Shown: positions 30,858 to 41,146, counted from the stretch's first letter. The stretch: 64,000 bases of DNA from Abditibacterium sp. (GCA_965199495.1 CBDASK010000003.1:2048001-2112000), one strand, 5' to 3'. Numbers and translations: made by a program. Notes: a model not told the origin generated them from the sequence alone.

Positions 30858-31553
30858 ATGCCCCAGACTCCGCACGTCGAGCATCATTTTACCGCGTCCG
30901 AAACCATCCGCGACATCGTCATCGGCATGGCCGATGGCTTGACGGTTCCGTTCGCCCTCGCCGCCGGATTGTCGGGCGCCGTTGATACCACGCGCATTAT
31001 CGTGACGGCGGGTTTGGCCGAAATCGCCGCCGGTTCGATTGCGATGGGTTTGGGCGGTTATCTGGCCGCGCGCAGCGACGCCGAACATTACAGCAGCGAA
31101 CGCATTCGCGAAGAGCGTGAAGTCGTGGAAAAGCCCGCAGCCGAAATGCGCGAAGTCGCCGAAGTTTTCGAGTCTTACGGCTTGACGCCCGCGCAAAGCG
31201 CGCCGATTGTCGAGGCGCTGAGTAAAAATCCGAAAGCGTGGGTGGATTTTATGATGCGCTTCGAGTTGGGTTTGGAAGAACCCGATCCCAAACGCGCCCT
31301 GACCAGCGCATTAACCATCGCGGCTTCTTATATCGGCGGCGGATTTATTCCGCTCGCGCCCTACATTACGCTGTCGAGCGCGTCGCGCGCCCTGCCGATT
31401 TCGGTCGTTTTGACGCTGTTGGCGCTGGCGATTTTCGGTTACGTCAAAGGCCGTTTCACCGGCACGGCGCCGCTCAAAAGCGCAATTCAAACCGCGCTCA
31501 TCGGCGGCATCGCGGCGGCGGCAGCGTTTGGCATCGCGCGGATGATTGCTTGA
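30858..31553 (+). CDS. VIT1/CCC1 Fe/Mn transporter
   Basis: RDIVIGMADGLTVPFALAAG, AGSIAMGLGGYL, FMMRFELGL. Confidence 0.93.
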   Translation: MPQTPHVEHHFTASETIRDIVIGMADGLTVPFALAAGLSGAVDTTRIIVTAGLAEIAAGSIAMGLGGYLAARSDAEHYSSERIREEREVVEKPAAEMREVAEVFESYGLTPAQSAPIVEALSKNPKAWVDFMMRFELGLEEPDPKRALTSALTIAASYIGGGFIPLAPYITLSSASRALPISVVLTLLALAIFGYVKGRFTGTAPLKSAIQTALIGGIAAAAAFGIARMIA

Positions 31554-31571
31554 TTTCAAACAAAACACACC

Positions 31572-31973
31572 ATGAACAAATCTAAAATTATTGTCTCCCC
31601 AGTTATCGTTATGTTGGCGATGTTCGCGATTCTCGTCACGGGCGCGATTCACTTCAAACTCGCGCCCGACGCGTGGGGCGACGCGCATTATAAAGGCGTT
31701 CTCTTCGCGCTCAACGGTCTGGGCGCGCTCCTTTCGGCTGTTGGCATTTATCTCGGCGCGCGCAGTTGGGGCTGGGGATTGGGCCTACTCATTGCGGCAG
31801 GTTCGATTGCGGCTTATGTCGCCTCGCGCACCATCGGCTTGCCGGGTTTGCCCGCCGAACCCGACGCGTGGCTCGAACCTTTGGGCGTGGCTTCACTTGT
31901 CGCCGAAGGTGTATTCGTCGCATTGGCGACGTGGGTTTTGAGCCGAGGCAATCCAAGCCAAACCGCGAGATAA
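31572..31973 (+). CDS. Four-TM hypothetical membrane protein
   Basis: GAIH..., SRTIGLPG, hydrophobic helices. Confidence 0.7.
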   Translation: MNKSKIIVSPVIVMLAMFAILVTGAIHFKLAPDAWGDAHYKGVLFALNGLGALLSAVGIYLGARSWGWGLGLLIAAGSIAAYVASRTIGLPGLPAEPDAWLEPLGVASLVAEGVFVALATWVLSRGNPSQTAR

Positions 31974-32081
31974 AACGTCGCCCGAAAAATAAAACACACA
32001 ATGTTTTGTGTTACGATATAATTAATTCGTAACCAACGCTTTGTGCTTCTGTCGTTTGCAAAGCGCCATTTTGCTTTCGAC

Positions 32082-34379
32082 ATGAATCCAAAGTATTCTC
32101 CTTTTATTTTGTGTTTGGTCGCGCCGTGTGCCTGCGCCGCCCTCGCCCAAAACACCGTCCCCACCGCGTCCGCCCCGACTTCCTCCGATGCAGCCACGCC
32201 GCCCGTATCTGTGCCGGGCAAAAAATATGCTTCTGCCACACCGCCCATTATTTTGCCAGCCAAACGGCTCGCGCAGGCTCCGGCTTCCGCGCCCGCCAGC
32301 GACGGCGCTTCGGTCGCGGGCGATGGCACTGCCGCGCAAAACCCCGGCACGGCGCCGACCGATACTTCGGCGATGCCCGCCGATGCCACTCCCAAAACCG
32401 ACGATTCGGAAATCGAAACGGTGATTTCAGTGGTGCGCGAGCGTTCCAATTCGTTGATTGGCAAAGCCAACGCGGCGTCCGAAGGCGTCGTCGGGCCGCG
32501 CCAGTTGGAGCGCCGCCCGATTCTGCGTCCGGGCGAATTATTGGAAACCGTGCCGGGCGTGATTATCACGCAGCATTCGGGTTCGGGTAAGGCCAACCAG
32601 TATTTCCTGCGCGGCTTCAACCTCGATCACGGAACCGATTTGGCGGTTTCGCTCAACGGCATTCCGATTAACCTGCCGACGCACGCGCACGGGCAGGGCT
32701 ACACCGACCTCAACTTTCTGATTCCCGAACTGGTCTCGCAACTGCGCTATCGCAAAGGCTCCTACGAAGCCGATCAAGGCGATTTCTCGTCGGCTGGCTC
32801 GATTGATTTGAGTTACGCGCGCCATTTGGGGCGCGACCAGAACGGCGTGCCGCAAACGCAATCATTGGAACTTGGCAGCTTCGGATTTGAGCGTTTACTG
32901 CTCACCGGCAACGCCAACAAACAGGTGATTTACGGTTTGGAATTGCAGCATTCCGACAGTTCGTTTCAACTCAAAGAAGATTTTCGCAAGCTCAACGGCA
33001 TCGTCAGTTACGACCGGGGCGACGCCAAACGCGGCGTTTCGGCGACGGCTTACGCTTACGATGGCAAATGGAATTCGTCGGATCAGATTCCCCAGCGCGC
33101 CGTTGACGCCGGTCTCATCGGACGCTTTGGCAACATTGACCCGACCGACGGCGGCAAATCGCGGCGTCTGGCTTTGTCGGGCGAAGTGCGCCGCGACAAA
33201 ACCAATTTGACCGCCTACGCGATGAATTACAAGTTGAACTTGTTTTCCAACTTCACTTATTTTCTCGATAATCCGGTTCAGGGCGACCAGTTCGAGCAGG
33301 AAGATCGGCGCAATTATTACGGTTTTCATCTGCGCCAGCAAGTCGGCGAAAGCAGCGGCAAGTTCACCACGTTCGTCGGTTTACAGGGCCGCTACGACGA
33401 CATCGGTCGCGTCGGTTTGTTCCACAACCAAAACCGCGTGCGCTTCGAGACGGTGCGCCAGGATCGCGTCAAAGAAAGCTCGATTGCGCCTTATATTCAG
33501 GCCGAATATAAGTTCAATCCGCGATTGCGCGCCAGCGTCGGCGGGCGCTACGATTATTACCGTTTCGACGTGGATTCGAGCATCGCGGCCAACAGCGGCA
33601 AAGTCAACGACTCGCTATTTTCGCCCAAGGGTTCGCTGGCCTATCGCGTCGGCAAATACGACGAAACCTATTTTTCCATCGGGCGCGGTTTTCACTCCAA
33701 CGACGCGCGCGGCACGACGATCACGGTTGATCCCAACGATCCCAACGTGCCCGCCGACCGCGTGACGCCCCTTGTGCGCTCGAACTTCGCCGAAATCGGC
33801 GTGCGCCACGCGCGCGGTGGCTTGCAGTCTACGCTCGCACTTTTCGGATTGGATTCGGCGTCGGAATTAGTCTTCGTCGGCGACGCGGGCACGACCGAGC
33901 CGTCGCGTCCATCGCGGCGCGCGGGCATCGAGTTCACCAACTATTATAACGTCGGCAACGGCCTGATTTTGGACGCCGACTTCGCTTATGCGCGCGCCCG
34001 TTTTCGCGATTCCGACCCGGTCGGCAACCGCATTCCCGGCGCATTGGAAGGCATCATCGCGCTGGGCGCGACTTACGAACGCGAGCGCGGCATTACCGGC
34101 GCGCTCCGTCTGCGTTATTTCGGGCCGCGCCCGCTCATCGAAGACAACAGCCAGCGTTCGGATTCGTCGGCTCTGGTCAACGCCAGAGTTGGTTACAAAT
34201 GGAAGAAAGGTTTGCGATTGAACGTGGACGTTTACAATTTGTTCAACTCCGCCGTCAGCGATATTGACTATTATTACGCCTCGCGCTTGCCCGGCGAACC
34301 GGCGGCGGGCGTGGACGATACGCATTTTCATCCGTCGGAAAAACGCAGTTTGCGCGTCGGAATCGTGCGGCAATTTTAG
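32082..34379 (+). CDS. TonB-dependent receptor
   Basis: LETVPG...QHSGSGKANQYFLRGFNLDHGTD plug; C-terminal F. Confidence 0.92.
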   Translation: MNPKYSPFILCLVAPCACAALAQNTVPTASAPTSSDAATPPVSVPGKKYASATPPIILPAKRLAQAPASAPASDGASVAGDGTAAQNPGTAPTDTSAMPADATPKTDDSEIETVISVVRERSNSLIGKANAASEGVVGPRQLERRPILRPGELLETVPGVIITQHSGSGKANQYFLRGFNLDHGTDLAVSLNGIPINLPTHAHGQGYTDLNFLIPELVSQLRYRKGSYEADQGDFSSAGSIDLSYARHLGRDQNGVPQTQSLELGSFGFERLLLTGNANKQVIYGLELQHSDSSFQLKEDFRKLNGIVSYDRGDAKRGVSATAYAYDGKWNSSDQIPQRAVDAGLIGRFGNIDPTDGGKSRRLALSGEVRRDKTNLTAYAMNYKLNLFSNFTYFLDNPVQGDQFEQEDRRNYYGFHLRQQVGESSGKFTTFVGLQGRYDDIGRVGLFHNQNRVRFETVRQDRVKESSIAPYIQAEYKFNPRLRASVGGRYDYYRFDVDSSIAANSGKVNDSLFSPKGSLAYRVGKYDETYFSIGRGFHSNDARGTTITVDPNDPNVPADRVTPLVRSNFAEIGVRHARGGLQSTLALFGLDSASELVFVGDAGTTEPSRPSRRAGIEFTNYYNVGNGLILDADFAYARARFRDSDPVGNRIPGALEGIIALGATYERERGITGALRLRYFGPRPLIEDNSQRSDSSALVNARVGYKWKKGLRLNVDVYNLFNSAVSDIDYYYASRLPGEPAAGVDDTHFHPSEKRSLRVGIVRQF

Positions 34380-34391
34380 AACATAAAGCTC

Positions 34392-34431
34392 AAAAAGCCT
34401 CGGCATTCTCTTGATAATGCCGAGGCTTTTG
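34392..34431 (+). terminator. Intrinsic terminator
   Basis: AAAAGCCTCGGCATT-loop-AATGCCGAGGCTTTT. Confidence 0.8.
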
Positions 34432-34456
34432 CGCGTTTTATAATTTCCTATAGCGT

Positions 34457-34576
34457 TTTTCACGGCGAAGGTTAAACAAGCGGGGCTGACGCACCCTTTC
34501 AATCGGCGATTTTTCGAGACACTCCACCGATTGGAAGGGTGCGTCAGCCCCGCTTGTTTAACCTTCGCCGTGAAAA
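34457..34576. repeat. 50 bp-arm inverted repeat (AGCGGGGCTGACGC core)
   Basis: Same core as the 18247 element, different outer arms. Confidence 0.88.
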
Positions 34577-34597
34577 TCTCTCTATCTCTTTCTAAAT

Positions 34598-34918
34598 TTA
34601 CTCGATAATCGAGACGCGTTCGCCGTAAACTTCGCGCACGCCGCGCACCGAGTGAATCTGAGTTTTGATGATCTGAAACTCTTTGCGCACGTTGACGCTG
34701 CCGGCGGCGCCGCGTGGCGCGCGCACTTTGCCGTCCATTTCGATGATGCCGCCGCGACACGCGATGTTGAGTTGCGTGATGTCCAAGCTGGTGCGGGCAA
34801 TGGCCGCGCGCGCGGTTTTCGCGAGGGCGCGGTCGTCGTCTCTGCTGGTTCCTGCCATGATGTGATGCCTCCTGACGCGGCGAATGGCGCCGCTTTTGTT
34901 TATCGCGACTTTCCCCAT
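34598..34918 (-). CDS. Small BON-like hypothetical protein
   Basis: LNIACRGGIIEMDGKV...VRGVREV pattern. Confidence 0.55.
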   Translation of the reverse strand: MGKVAINKSGAIRRVRRHHIMAGTSRDDDRALAKTARAAIARTSLDITQLNIACRGGIIEMDGKVRAPRGAAGSVNVRKEFQIIKTQIHSVRGVREVYGERVSIIE

Positions 34919-34943
34919 CGAAGCCGCTCGGTAGTTTCACTCT

Positions 34944-35609
34944 TTATTTTCCCACTTTTGGCGCCTTTTGCATAGGAGATGCCATTGATTTCGCTGAAAT
35001 TGGCGCCTTCATTTCAATGGCGGCGCGCACTTCAAATTGCCGGTATTGCGCGGCCCAGAACGTCAATTGTAGTGGCAAAACCGCGCCATTTTTCTCCGTT
35101 TTGCCGGGCATGAAAACCATCTTGATAATCGAATTGCGCGGCAATTCGTCCCACCCATAATAACGGCCCTGACCGCGCATTTCGGTCGTATCGGGCGGAG
35201 GCTGCACGTTGACAACGACGACGTGGCTCTGCGTTTGCTGGCTGAGGCGCAGACTGACGGTTTCAAAGTTATTGTCCGCTTCTTTCAACGCGGAATCGAG
35301 CGTGAATTGCGCTGTGGCCATCTGCCCCACTCGCACTGTGCGCGGAATTTGCGAGTAAATTAGCAATGGTTTGTCGCCCAAATTTCGGGTTTCCGCCGCC
35401 AGATTGGCGATGGCCAGAGCCAACATCGCTAAACCACTGCCGACGGCCAATATCCAGTAAAAAGGCCGCACCGGTCGCCGCAACTTGCCGCGCCAGCGCG
35501 CGGGTTTTTCCGGTTGCGCCAACAGTGCGCCGCAAGCGGCGCAGTGCGGGAAAGAGACGAATTGATCCAAATTCACCAATCCGCACTGGCCGCACACGAC
35601 TTTTTTCAT
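34944..35609 (-). CDS. Zinc-ribbon membrane-anchored hypothetical protein
   Basis: CGQC...CAAC followed by a TM helix. Confidence 0.65.
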   Translation of the reverse strand: MKKVVCGQCGLVNLDQFVSFPHCAACGALLAQPEKPARWRGKLRRPVRPFYWILAVGSGLAMLALAIANLAAETRNLGDKPLLIYSQIPRTVRVGQMATAQFTLDSALKEADNNFETVSLRLSQQTQSHVVVVNVQPPPDTTEMRGQGRYYGWDELPRNSIIKMVFMPGKTEKNGAVLPLQLTFWAAQYRQFEVRAAIEMKAPISAKSMASPMQKAPKVGK

Positions 35610-35622
35610 GAAGTTTTCGCGC

Positions 35623-36306
35623 TCAAAACGCGCGCTCGATGGCGACGCGCATCTCCTCGACGCTGGTTTGTAAACGCTCGTGCGCGCCAAAGATTCCCGA
35701 TCCGCTCACGATGATGTCGGCTCCCGCGCGCACCACGGTCTCGACGTTAGCAGCAGATACGCCGCCGTCCACCTGAATTTTAAAGCTCAATCCACGCTCA
35801 TCCCGCAAGCGCGCCAGATGCTCGATTTTCTTCAGCGCCATCGGCAAAAACTTCTGGCCGCCAAAGCCGGGATTGACGCTCATTACCAAAACGTAATCCA
35901 AATCGGGCAAAATCACGTCGAGCGTTTCGATGGGCGTCGCCGGATTCAAAACCGCGCCGCCCATCGCTCCGGCGTCTTTGATATGCCAGATGAGTTTGTG
36001 CAAATGCGGCTGACATTCGACGTGAACGCTGATGCTCTGCGCGCCCGCTTCGAGAAATTCGTCCAAACGGTCGGCGGGATTGGAAACCATCAAATGCGCG
36101 TCGAAGTGCATGCGGCAGTGCGGGCGCATCGCTTTCAAAAAGAGCGCGCCAAACGACAAATTGGGCACGAAATGCCCGTCCATCGCGTCGAAGTGCAGCC
36201 ACTGCACGCCCGCTTCGTCCAAAGCGCGCACCTGCTCGCCCGCGCGCGACCAATCCGCCGCCAACAGCGACGGCGCCAACCAGACATCTTGAGAATTACG
36301 TGTCAT
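35623..36306 (-). CDS. rpe: Ribulose-phosphate 3-epimerase
   Basis: HFDAMDGHFVPN, MSVNPGFGGQ, VDGG. Confidence 0.97.
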   Translation of the reverse strand: MTRNSQDVWLAPSLLAADWSRAGEQVRALDEAGVQWLHFDAMDGHFVPNLSFGALFLKAMRPHCRMHFDAHLMVSNPADRLDEFLEAGAQSISVHVECQPHLHKLIWHIKDAGAMGGAVLNPATPIETLDVILPDLDYVLVMSVNPGFGGQKFLPMALKKIEHLARLRDERGLSFKIQVDGGVSAANVETVVRAGADIIVSGSGIFGAHERLQTSVEEMRVAIERAF

Positions 36307-36309
36307 TTT

Positions 36310-36582
36310 TTATAATGGATGCGAATCGGAAACCGGCTTTTCGATCATCACGGATTGAACATCGGATTGCGCGCGCGTTTGATTTTCCACCGCTTGTTGT
36401 TGCATCTGGTGTTGTTGCATTAAAAGCCACGCTTCGGCGACATCGGCCATGCGGTCGAGACCGGCGGCGGCGCGATTGAGGCAATAAAGAACGTAAAGTC
36501 CGCCTAAGACAAATATCAGCGCGCCGCCGATTTGCAACAGTAAAAGCAGGCCCAGTATGGTGCCGGGAGAATTGGATTCCAT
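36310..36582 (-). CDS. Small membrane protein
   Basis: One TM helix; ends 3 nt upstream of the rpe start. Confidence 0.6.
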   Translation of the reverse strand: MESNSPGTILGLLLLLQIGGALIFVLGGLYVLYCLNRAAAGLDRMADVAEAWLLMQQHQMQQQAVENQTRAQSDVQSVMIEKPVSDSHPL

Positions 36583-36659
36583 GAGAATGGGTGACCGAAA
36601 AAGTTCACTTGTCAGTTTGACTTATCGGGGCCGTTAGTCGCTTGACTTTTAAAAATCTT

Positions 36660-36750
36660 CGTAGAGACGCCGATTTACCGCGTTTAAAAAGCTTGAACGT
36701 GCTTCAAATTTATGGAGAATTAAACGTTTTAGACGCGATCATCCGGCGTC
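36660..36750. repeat. Degenerate REP-like palindrome (GTAGAGAC type)
   Basis: CGTAGAGACGCCGATTTACCGCGTTTAAAA ... TTTTAGACGCGATCATCCGGCGTC. Confidence 0.65.
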
Positions 36751-37470
36751 ATTCCGCTCGTCATACAGCGCCGCCGCGTAACCAATTTTTTGCAATGGTC
36801 GCCAGAGTCCCAGCACCAAAAGCGGCGTGATGCACGCATAAAACCACAACAATTTGCCCGCGCCTTCGTGTTCAAAACGCCGTCCGCTCGTGCCCAACGG
36901 CACCAACAATTGCCGGTGCAAACCGTAGCGCGGGCACAACTTGCGAATCAGTTGCACGTCTTCGCCCAGATGCAGCGATTCATCGAAACCGCCGCAACTT
37001 TGGAAGGCGGCGCGCGGCGCGATGAGACACACGCCCGAACCCATGCGCAACGTGGATTGGCCCAGCCAGAATCCGACGTTAAACCCAAAATAAATCGCGC
37101 GCGTCAAAACATTGCCGTCGTGCGCCACGAACCACGGACAAGCCACGGCGAACGGCAAGCGGCGATAAGCGTTCGCCACATCGGCCAAAAATTGCGGCGG
37201 CGGCATATCGTCGGCATCAAGAAAAACCAGCAATTCGCCCGTTGCCGCGCCCGCGCCCGCGTTGCGTTGGCGCGCGACGCCGCGCTCGCAATTTAAGAAT
37301 TCAACGCCCGCAAATTCGCCGACGACGCGCGCGGTTTCATCATCGGAATCGCCGTCGGCGACGATGATTTGTGCGCTCACCGTTTGCAATTCCAGCGCGC
37401 GCAACAATTCGCCGATGCGCGCGGCTTCGTTGAGCGTGGGAATGACGACCGAAAGCGTGGGAAGTGACAC
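36739..37470 (-). CDS. Family 2 glycosyltransferase
   Basis: SVVIPTLNE, VADGDSDD, FLDAD, GEDV. Confidence 0.9.
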   Translation of the reverse strand: MSLPTLSVVIPTLNEAARIGELLRALELQTVSAQIIVADGDSDDETARVVGEFAGVEFLNCERGVARQRNAGAGAATGELLVFLDADDMPPPQFLADVANAYRRLPFAVACPWFVAHDGNVLTRAIYFGFNVGFWLGQSTLRMGSGVCLIAPRAAFQSCGGFDESLHLGEDVQLIRKLCPRYGLHRQLLVPLGTSGRRFEHEGAGKLLWFYACITPLLVLGLWRPLQKIGYAAALYDERNDAG

Positions 37471-37478
37471 GACGTAAC

Positions 37479-38168
37479 TTAATCGAACAACGTTTGCGCC
37501 GCTTTCACTGGGTCGGCGGCGCTGGTAATCGGGCGCCCAACGACCAGATAATTGGCGCCCGCTTTTAACGCTTCCGTTGGCGTCAGCACGCGCTTTTGAT
37601 CGCCCAATGCGGAATTAGCGGGCCGAATGCCCGGCGTGACGAGCATAAAATCGTCACCGCACGCCGCGCGCACCGGCAAGATTTCGCGCGCCGAACAAAC
37701 GACGCCATCCAAACCAGCTTCTTGCGCCAACATCGCCAGACGCGGCACGGCTTCGCGCGGCGTTTCGCTCAGACCAATTTTCGCCAGCGAATCGCTATCG
37801 TGTGAAGTCAAAATCGTGACGCCGATGACCTTCACATCGGGATTGGTTTCACGCGCGGCGTCGGCGGCGGCGCGCATCATTTCCAGTCCGCCCAGACAAT
37901 GCACGTTGAAAATATGCACGCCCAACCGCGCCGCCACGCGCGAGGCGGCGGCGACCGTGTTGGGAATATCGTGAAATTTCAAATCCAAAAACACGCGCTT
38001 TGGCCCGATTTCTTCGACGATTTGCGGGCCGCACGCGCAAAACAATTCCAAACCAATTTTTATCCCGCCGACGTGGCTGCTCAGTTGAGTGGCCAATTCG
38101 AGCGCCCGTTCGCGCGTCGGCACATCAAGCGCCACCAAAACCGATTGTTGAGGAGAATCCAAATTCAT
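37479..38168 (-). CDS. pyrF: Orotidine-5'-phosphate decarboxylase
   Basis: FLDLKFHDIPNTV, VTPGIRP, VVGRPI. Confidence 0.97.
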   Translation of the reverse strand: MNLDSPQQSVLVALDVPTRERALELATQLSSHVGGIKIGLELFCACGPQIVEEIGPKRVFLDLKFHDIPNTVAAASRVAARLGVHIFNVHCLGGLEMMRAAADAARETNPDVKVIGVTILTSHDSDSLAKIGLSETPREAVPRLAMLAQEAGLDGVVCSAREILPVRAACGDDFMLVTPGIRPANSALGDQKRVLTPTEALKAGANYLVVGRPITSAADPVKAAQTLFD

Positions 38169-38179
38169 CGCGCGTCAGT

Positions 38180-38680
38180 TTAAGCCGTCGGATCGTTATC
38201 GTCCAAAACGCGTTGCGTTTGGGCGGCGCGAAATTCGTCCAACTTTTGCGCGATTGCGGGATATTTATTGCCTGTAATCGAAGCCGCCAACAGCGCCGCG
38301 TTAGTCGCGCCTGCCTTGCCAATCGCCAACGTCGCGACAGGAATTCCGGCGGGCATTTGCGCAATCGAAAGCAACGAATCCAGACCGTTCAAAGCCTTCG
38401 ATTGAACGGGCACGCCCAAAACCGGCAGCGACGTTTGGCTGGCGCACATGCCGGGCAAATGCGCCGCGCCGCCCGCTCCAGCGATGATCACTTCGAGGCC
38501 GCGCCCGCGCGCGGATTTGGCGTATTCAAACAATAAATCGGGCGTGCGATGCGCTGAAACAACGCGCGTTTCGTGCGGAATTTCGAGTTGTTCTAAAGTT
38601 TCGACGCAATGTTTCATGGTTTCCCAATCGGATTTGGAACCCATAATCACGCCGACGAGCGGTTTGGTTTGTTCGGGCAT
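38180..38680 (-). CDS. purE: N5-CAIR mutase
   Basis: [24 protein letters not shown]. Confidence 0.97.
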   Translation of the reverse strand: MPEQTKPLVGVIMGSKSDWETMKHCVETLEQLEIPHETRVVSAHRTPDLLFEYAKSARGRGLEVIIAGAGGAAHLPGMCASQTSLPVLGVPVQSKALNGLDSLLSIAQMPAGIPVATLAIGKAGATNAALLAASITGNKYPAIAQKLDEFRAAQTQRVLDDNDPTA

Positions 38681-38704
38681 AATTTAAAATTTCAGCGTGG
38701 GGAG

Positions 38705-38823
38705 TTTCACACAAAGAAACAAAGAACGGCACAGAGGACACAAAGGGAAAGAAGAAAATAAAATCTAAAATTTCTTCTGACTCTTTGTGTCCTCTGTGCC
38801 GTTCTTTGTTTCTTTGTGTGAAA
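38705..38823. repeat. Perfect 41 bp inverted repeat built from ~9-mer CACARAGRA units
   Basis: TTTCACACAAAGAAACAAAGAACGGCACAGAGGACACAAAG and its reverse complement. Confidence 0.9.
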
Positions 38824-38832
38824 TCCCAAATC

Positions 38833-39885
38833 TCAAAACCCGACGGCTGATGGATCGAATCCCATTTTACTCAACAATTCGCGAAAGCGTTCGGGTGGCA
38901 AAATGCCGCCCGACGCTTGATCATGGCCGTGACCGAAACTGCCATCGCCCTCGGATAATTCAAAACTCTTGAGAAAATCCAAAACGCTCAAACCTTTGGC
39001 CGAGCGCGCCGAGAAGTTCACTCGGTCTTTCATGTAGCCTTTGTTGGCGCAAATCACATGATATTTCGGCAAGCGCCCGCGCCAAATCTGCGCGATGAGC
39101 GGATGAATCTGGCAGGGCGAATCAATCGTAATCAGCGCGACTTGACCGGCGAATTTGGGTGCGGCTTTTTTGGCTTCGTTCATCTCGGCTTTGACTTCTT
39201 CGCGCGCGTTTTTCAAAGTTTGCACGTCGGGCGCGTCCGAATTGCACAAATCTTTGGGATTATCGAATTGCGTTAAAGCGCGCGCGGCGGCTTCGGGATC
39301 GAAATTCGACGCGCGACGCGGCGCGTTAATTAAGGCCGTGGCTTCTTTAAGCCACTTGGCGGTATATTTTTTCTTGGCCTCGTCAATGAGCAGCCACGGC
39401 GCCTTTTCGCCCAAATCCGACAGCGTGCCGATGACCGCAATCCAATCCATATCTTCGATTTCGACTTTGCCGCGCGCCAATTCATAAGTCATCCACGAAG
39501 TGTTGGGCACGCAGGGCCAACCGTAGCCGGTAATTAAAAAGTCTTCGTCTAAAACTCCTTCGGGACGGTGATGATCCAAAAACGCGGTCGGCACGCCGTC
39601 GAGAACTTTTTCGTCGCGACAACCCAAATCCAAAACCCACAAAAAATTGGGTTTCACAGCGGCGATGAGCGCGCGATTCGATTCCGTCCAAACGTTGCGC
39701 TCGCGATTGGTGGGTAGTCGTGCGACGCGGAAATTCAAACGCTCCAACACGCGTTGCCAAACCACGCCCGCCGTCACGCCATCGGCGTCCACATCGTGAA
39801 CGAGGCCAATAATTCCGTCACGCGGCATTTTTTCTAAAACGGCATCGAAAGTTTGGCGGGCGGAAGCGAATTCTTGGTCGAGCAT
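38833..39885 (-). CDS. DHH family phosphoesterase (RecJ-like)
   Basis: HDVDADG, LDLG, LDHH, GHGHDQASG. Confidence 0.88.
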   Translation of the reverse strand: MLDQEFASARQTFDAVLEKMPRDGIIGLVHDVDADGVTAGVVWQRVLERLNFRVARLPTNRERNVWTESNRALIAAVKPNFLWVLDLGCRDEKVLDGVPTAFLDHHRPEGVLDEDFLITGYGWPCVPNTSWMTYELARGKVEIEDMDWIAVIGTLSDLGEKAPWLLIDEAKKKYTAKWLKEATALINAPRRASNFDPEAAARALTQFDNPKDLCNSDAPDVQTLKNAREEVKAEMNEAKKAAPKFAGQVALITIDSPCQIHPLIAQIWRGRLPKYHVICANKGYMKDRVNFSARSAKGLSVLDFLKSFELSEGDGSFGHGHDQASGGILPPERFRELLSKMGFDPSAVGF

Positions 39886-39901
39886 AAAGTTAATTTGGAT
39901 C

Positions 39902-39996
39902 CGTAGAGACACCGATTTATCGTGTCTAAAACGTAAAATCGCTTTAATCTAACGGCAACTCCAACATTTTAGACACGATAAATCGGTGTCTCTACG
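39902..39996. repeat. REP-like palindrome (GTAGAGAC type)
   Basis: CGTAGAGACACCGATTTATCGTGTCTAAAA ... TTTTAGACACGATAAATCGGTGTCTCTACG. Confidence 0.9.
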
Positions 39997-40007
39997 AATG
40001 AGACATA

Positions 40008-40688
40008 TTACGGTAGCGTCACGACTTGCAAATCGCGGATATTTGCGAACGGGCGCGGCGTGCGCGTGACGAGCGGGATTTCATGGGCAATCGCCGTGGC
40101 TGCGATCAGCGCATCGAGCGCGCTCAAGTCGGGGTCGCCGCTTTCGAGCATTAATTGGGCGGCGCGCGTCGAGGCCATCGGGCCGAGGCTCAAAACCGCG
40201 AACGGTTGCACGAACGCTTTGACGCGCGCGCGCTCGTTTTCGTCGGCGCAGTGTTCGAGCAAATATAAATAAGTCGCCGTCGCCAAACGCACTTCAACCG
40301 GCGGATTGCTCCAAAACGTTTGCGTCGGCGCCAGATTCATCGCCAGCGCCATCACCGCCGAAGTGTGAACCACGACCGGCGAACCGGCGGGCAAACTCGA
40401 AACTTCATCGGCGTTGGCGTTTTCATCGGCGCGCGCATCGTCGGCTTTTAATTCGGCCCACATTCCGCGAATCGCGTCGGGGCCGGGCTGGGCGTTGGAC
40501 GCGCCGACATCCAAAACGGCGTGGCCGCGTTCGGCTTCGCGCCACGTTTTGGCATCGGGGCGCGCGGGCGCCGCCATTTGCAGCGTGGCGCGCGGCGCGA
40601 GTTTTAAACCTAAAGCCTGCGCCAAACGTTCGCGCTCGGCGAGCGGCAATTTGACGGCGGCGGATACGGCATCTTCGTAAAGGGACAT
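40008..40688 (-). CDS. Antitoxin-like domain fused to a degenerate PIN/VapC domain
   Basis: C-terminal DALIAATAIAHEIPLVT; N-terminal LPLAERERLAQAL and IRGMWAE. Confidence 0.75.
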   Translation of the reverse strand: MSLYEDAVSAAVKLPLAERERLAQALGLKLAPRATLQMAAPARPDAKTWREAERGHAVLDVGASNAQPGPDAIRGMWAELKADDARADENANADEVSSLPAGSPVVVHTSAVMALAMNLAPTQTFWSNPPVEVRLATATYLYLLEHCADENERARVKAFVQPFAVLSLGPMASTRAAQLMLESGDPDLSALDALIAATAIAHEIPLVTRTPRPFANIRDLQVVTLP

Positions 40689-40835
40689 GGGCGCGCCCTT
40701 GTCGCAAAAGCGGCGCCGTGGCTGCGGTTGCGCCCGTGAAAATGATAAAATCAAAGCGGCGTTTGCGCGCCGCAAATATGAAAACGATTTTCCGACTCCA
40801 TCTCTTTTAACGGCCTTGGCCGTAAGGAGATAACA

Positions 40836-41081
40836 ATGAGTCGTTCCTATCTGCGCACGCCTATCTGCGGAAATTTCTTCTGCGGAGATTGCAGCGAAAA
40901 AGCAGACAAGCGCATTTGGCATCGCCGGATGCGCGCCGCAATTCTGGTGCGTTTGCACAACGCCGATGCCGATGAAATCGTGTTGCCCCACGAACGCGAA
41001 GTGTCGAACGTTTGGGCAATGGCCAAAGACGGCAAATGTCGCTTTGACCCGCGTGAGCATCCTAAATTGATGCGCAAATAA
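40836..41081 (+). CDS. Small basic hypothetical protein
   Basis: MSRSYLRTPI...SEKADKRIWHRRMR...WAMAKDGK; AAGGAG RBS. Confidence 0.75.
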   Translation: MSRSYLRTPICGNFFCGDCSEKADKRIWHRRMRAAILVRLHNADADEIVLPHEREVSNVWAMAKDGKCRFDPREHPKLMRK

Positions 41082-41146
41082 ATAAAGATGGCTCGCGTCT
41101 TTCGGGGCGCGAGACCTTTATTCGTCAGATTGCTTCCTGCTTCCTT

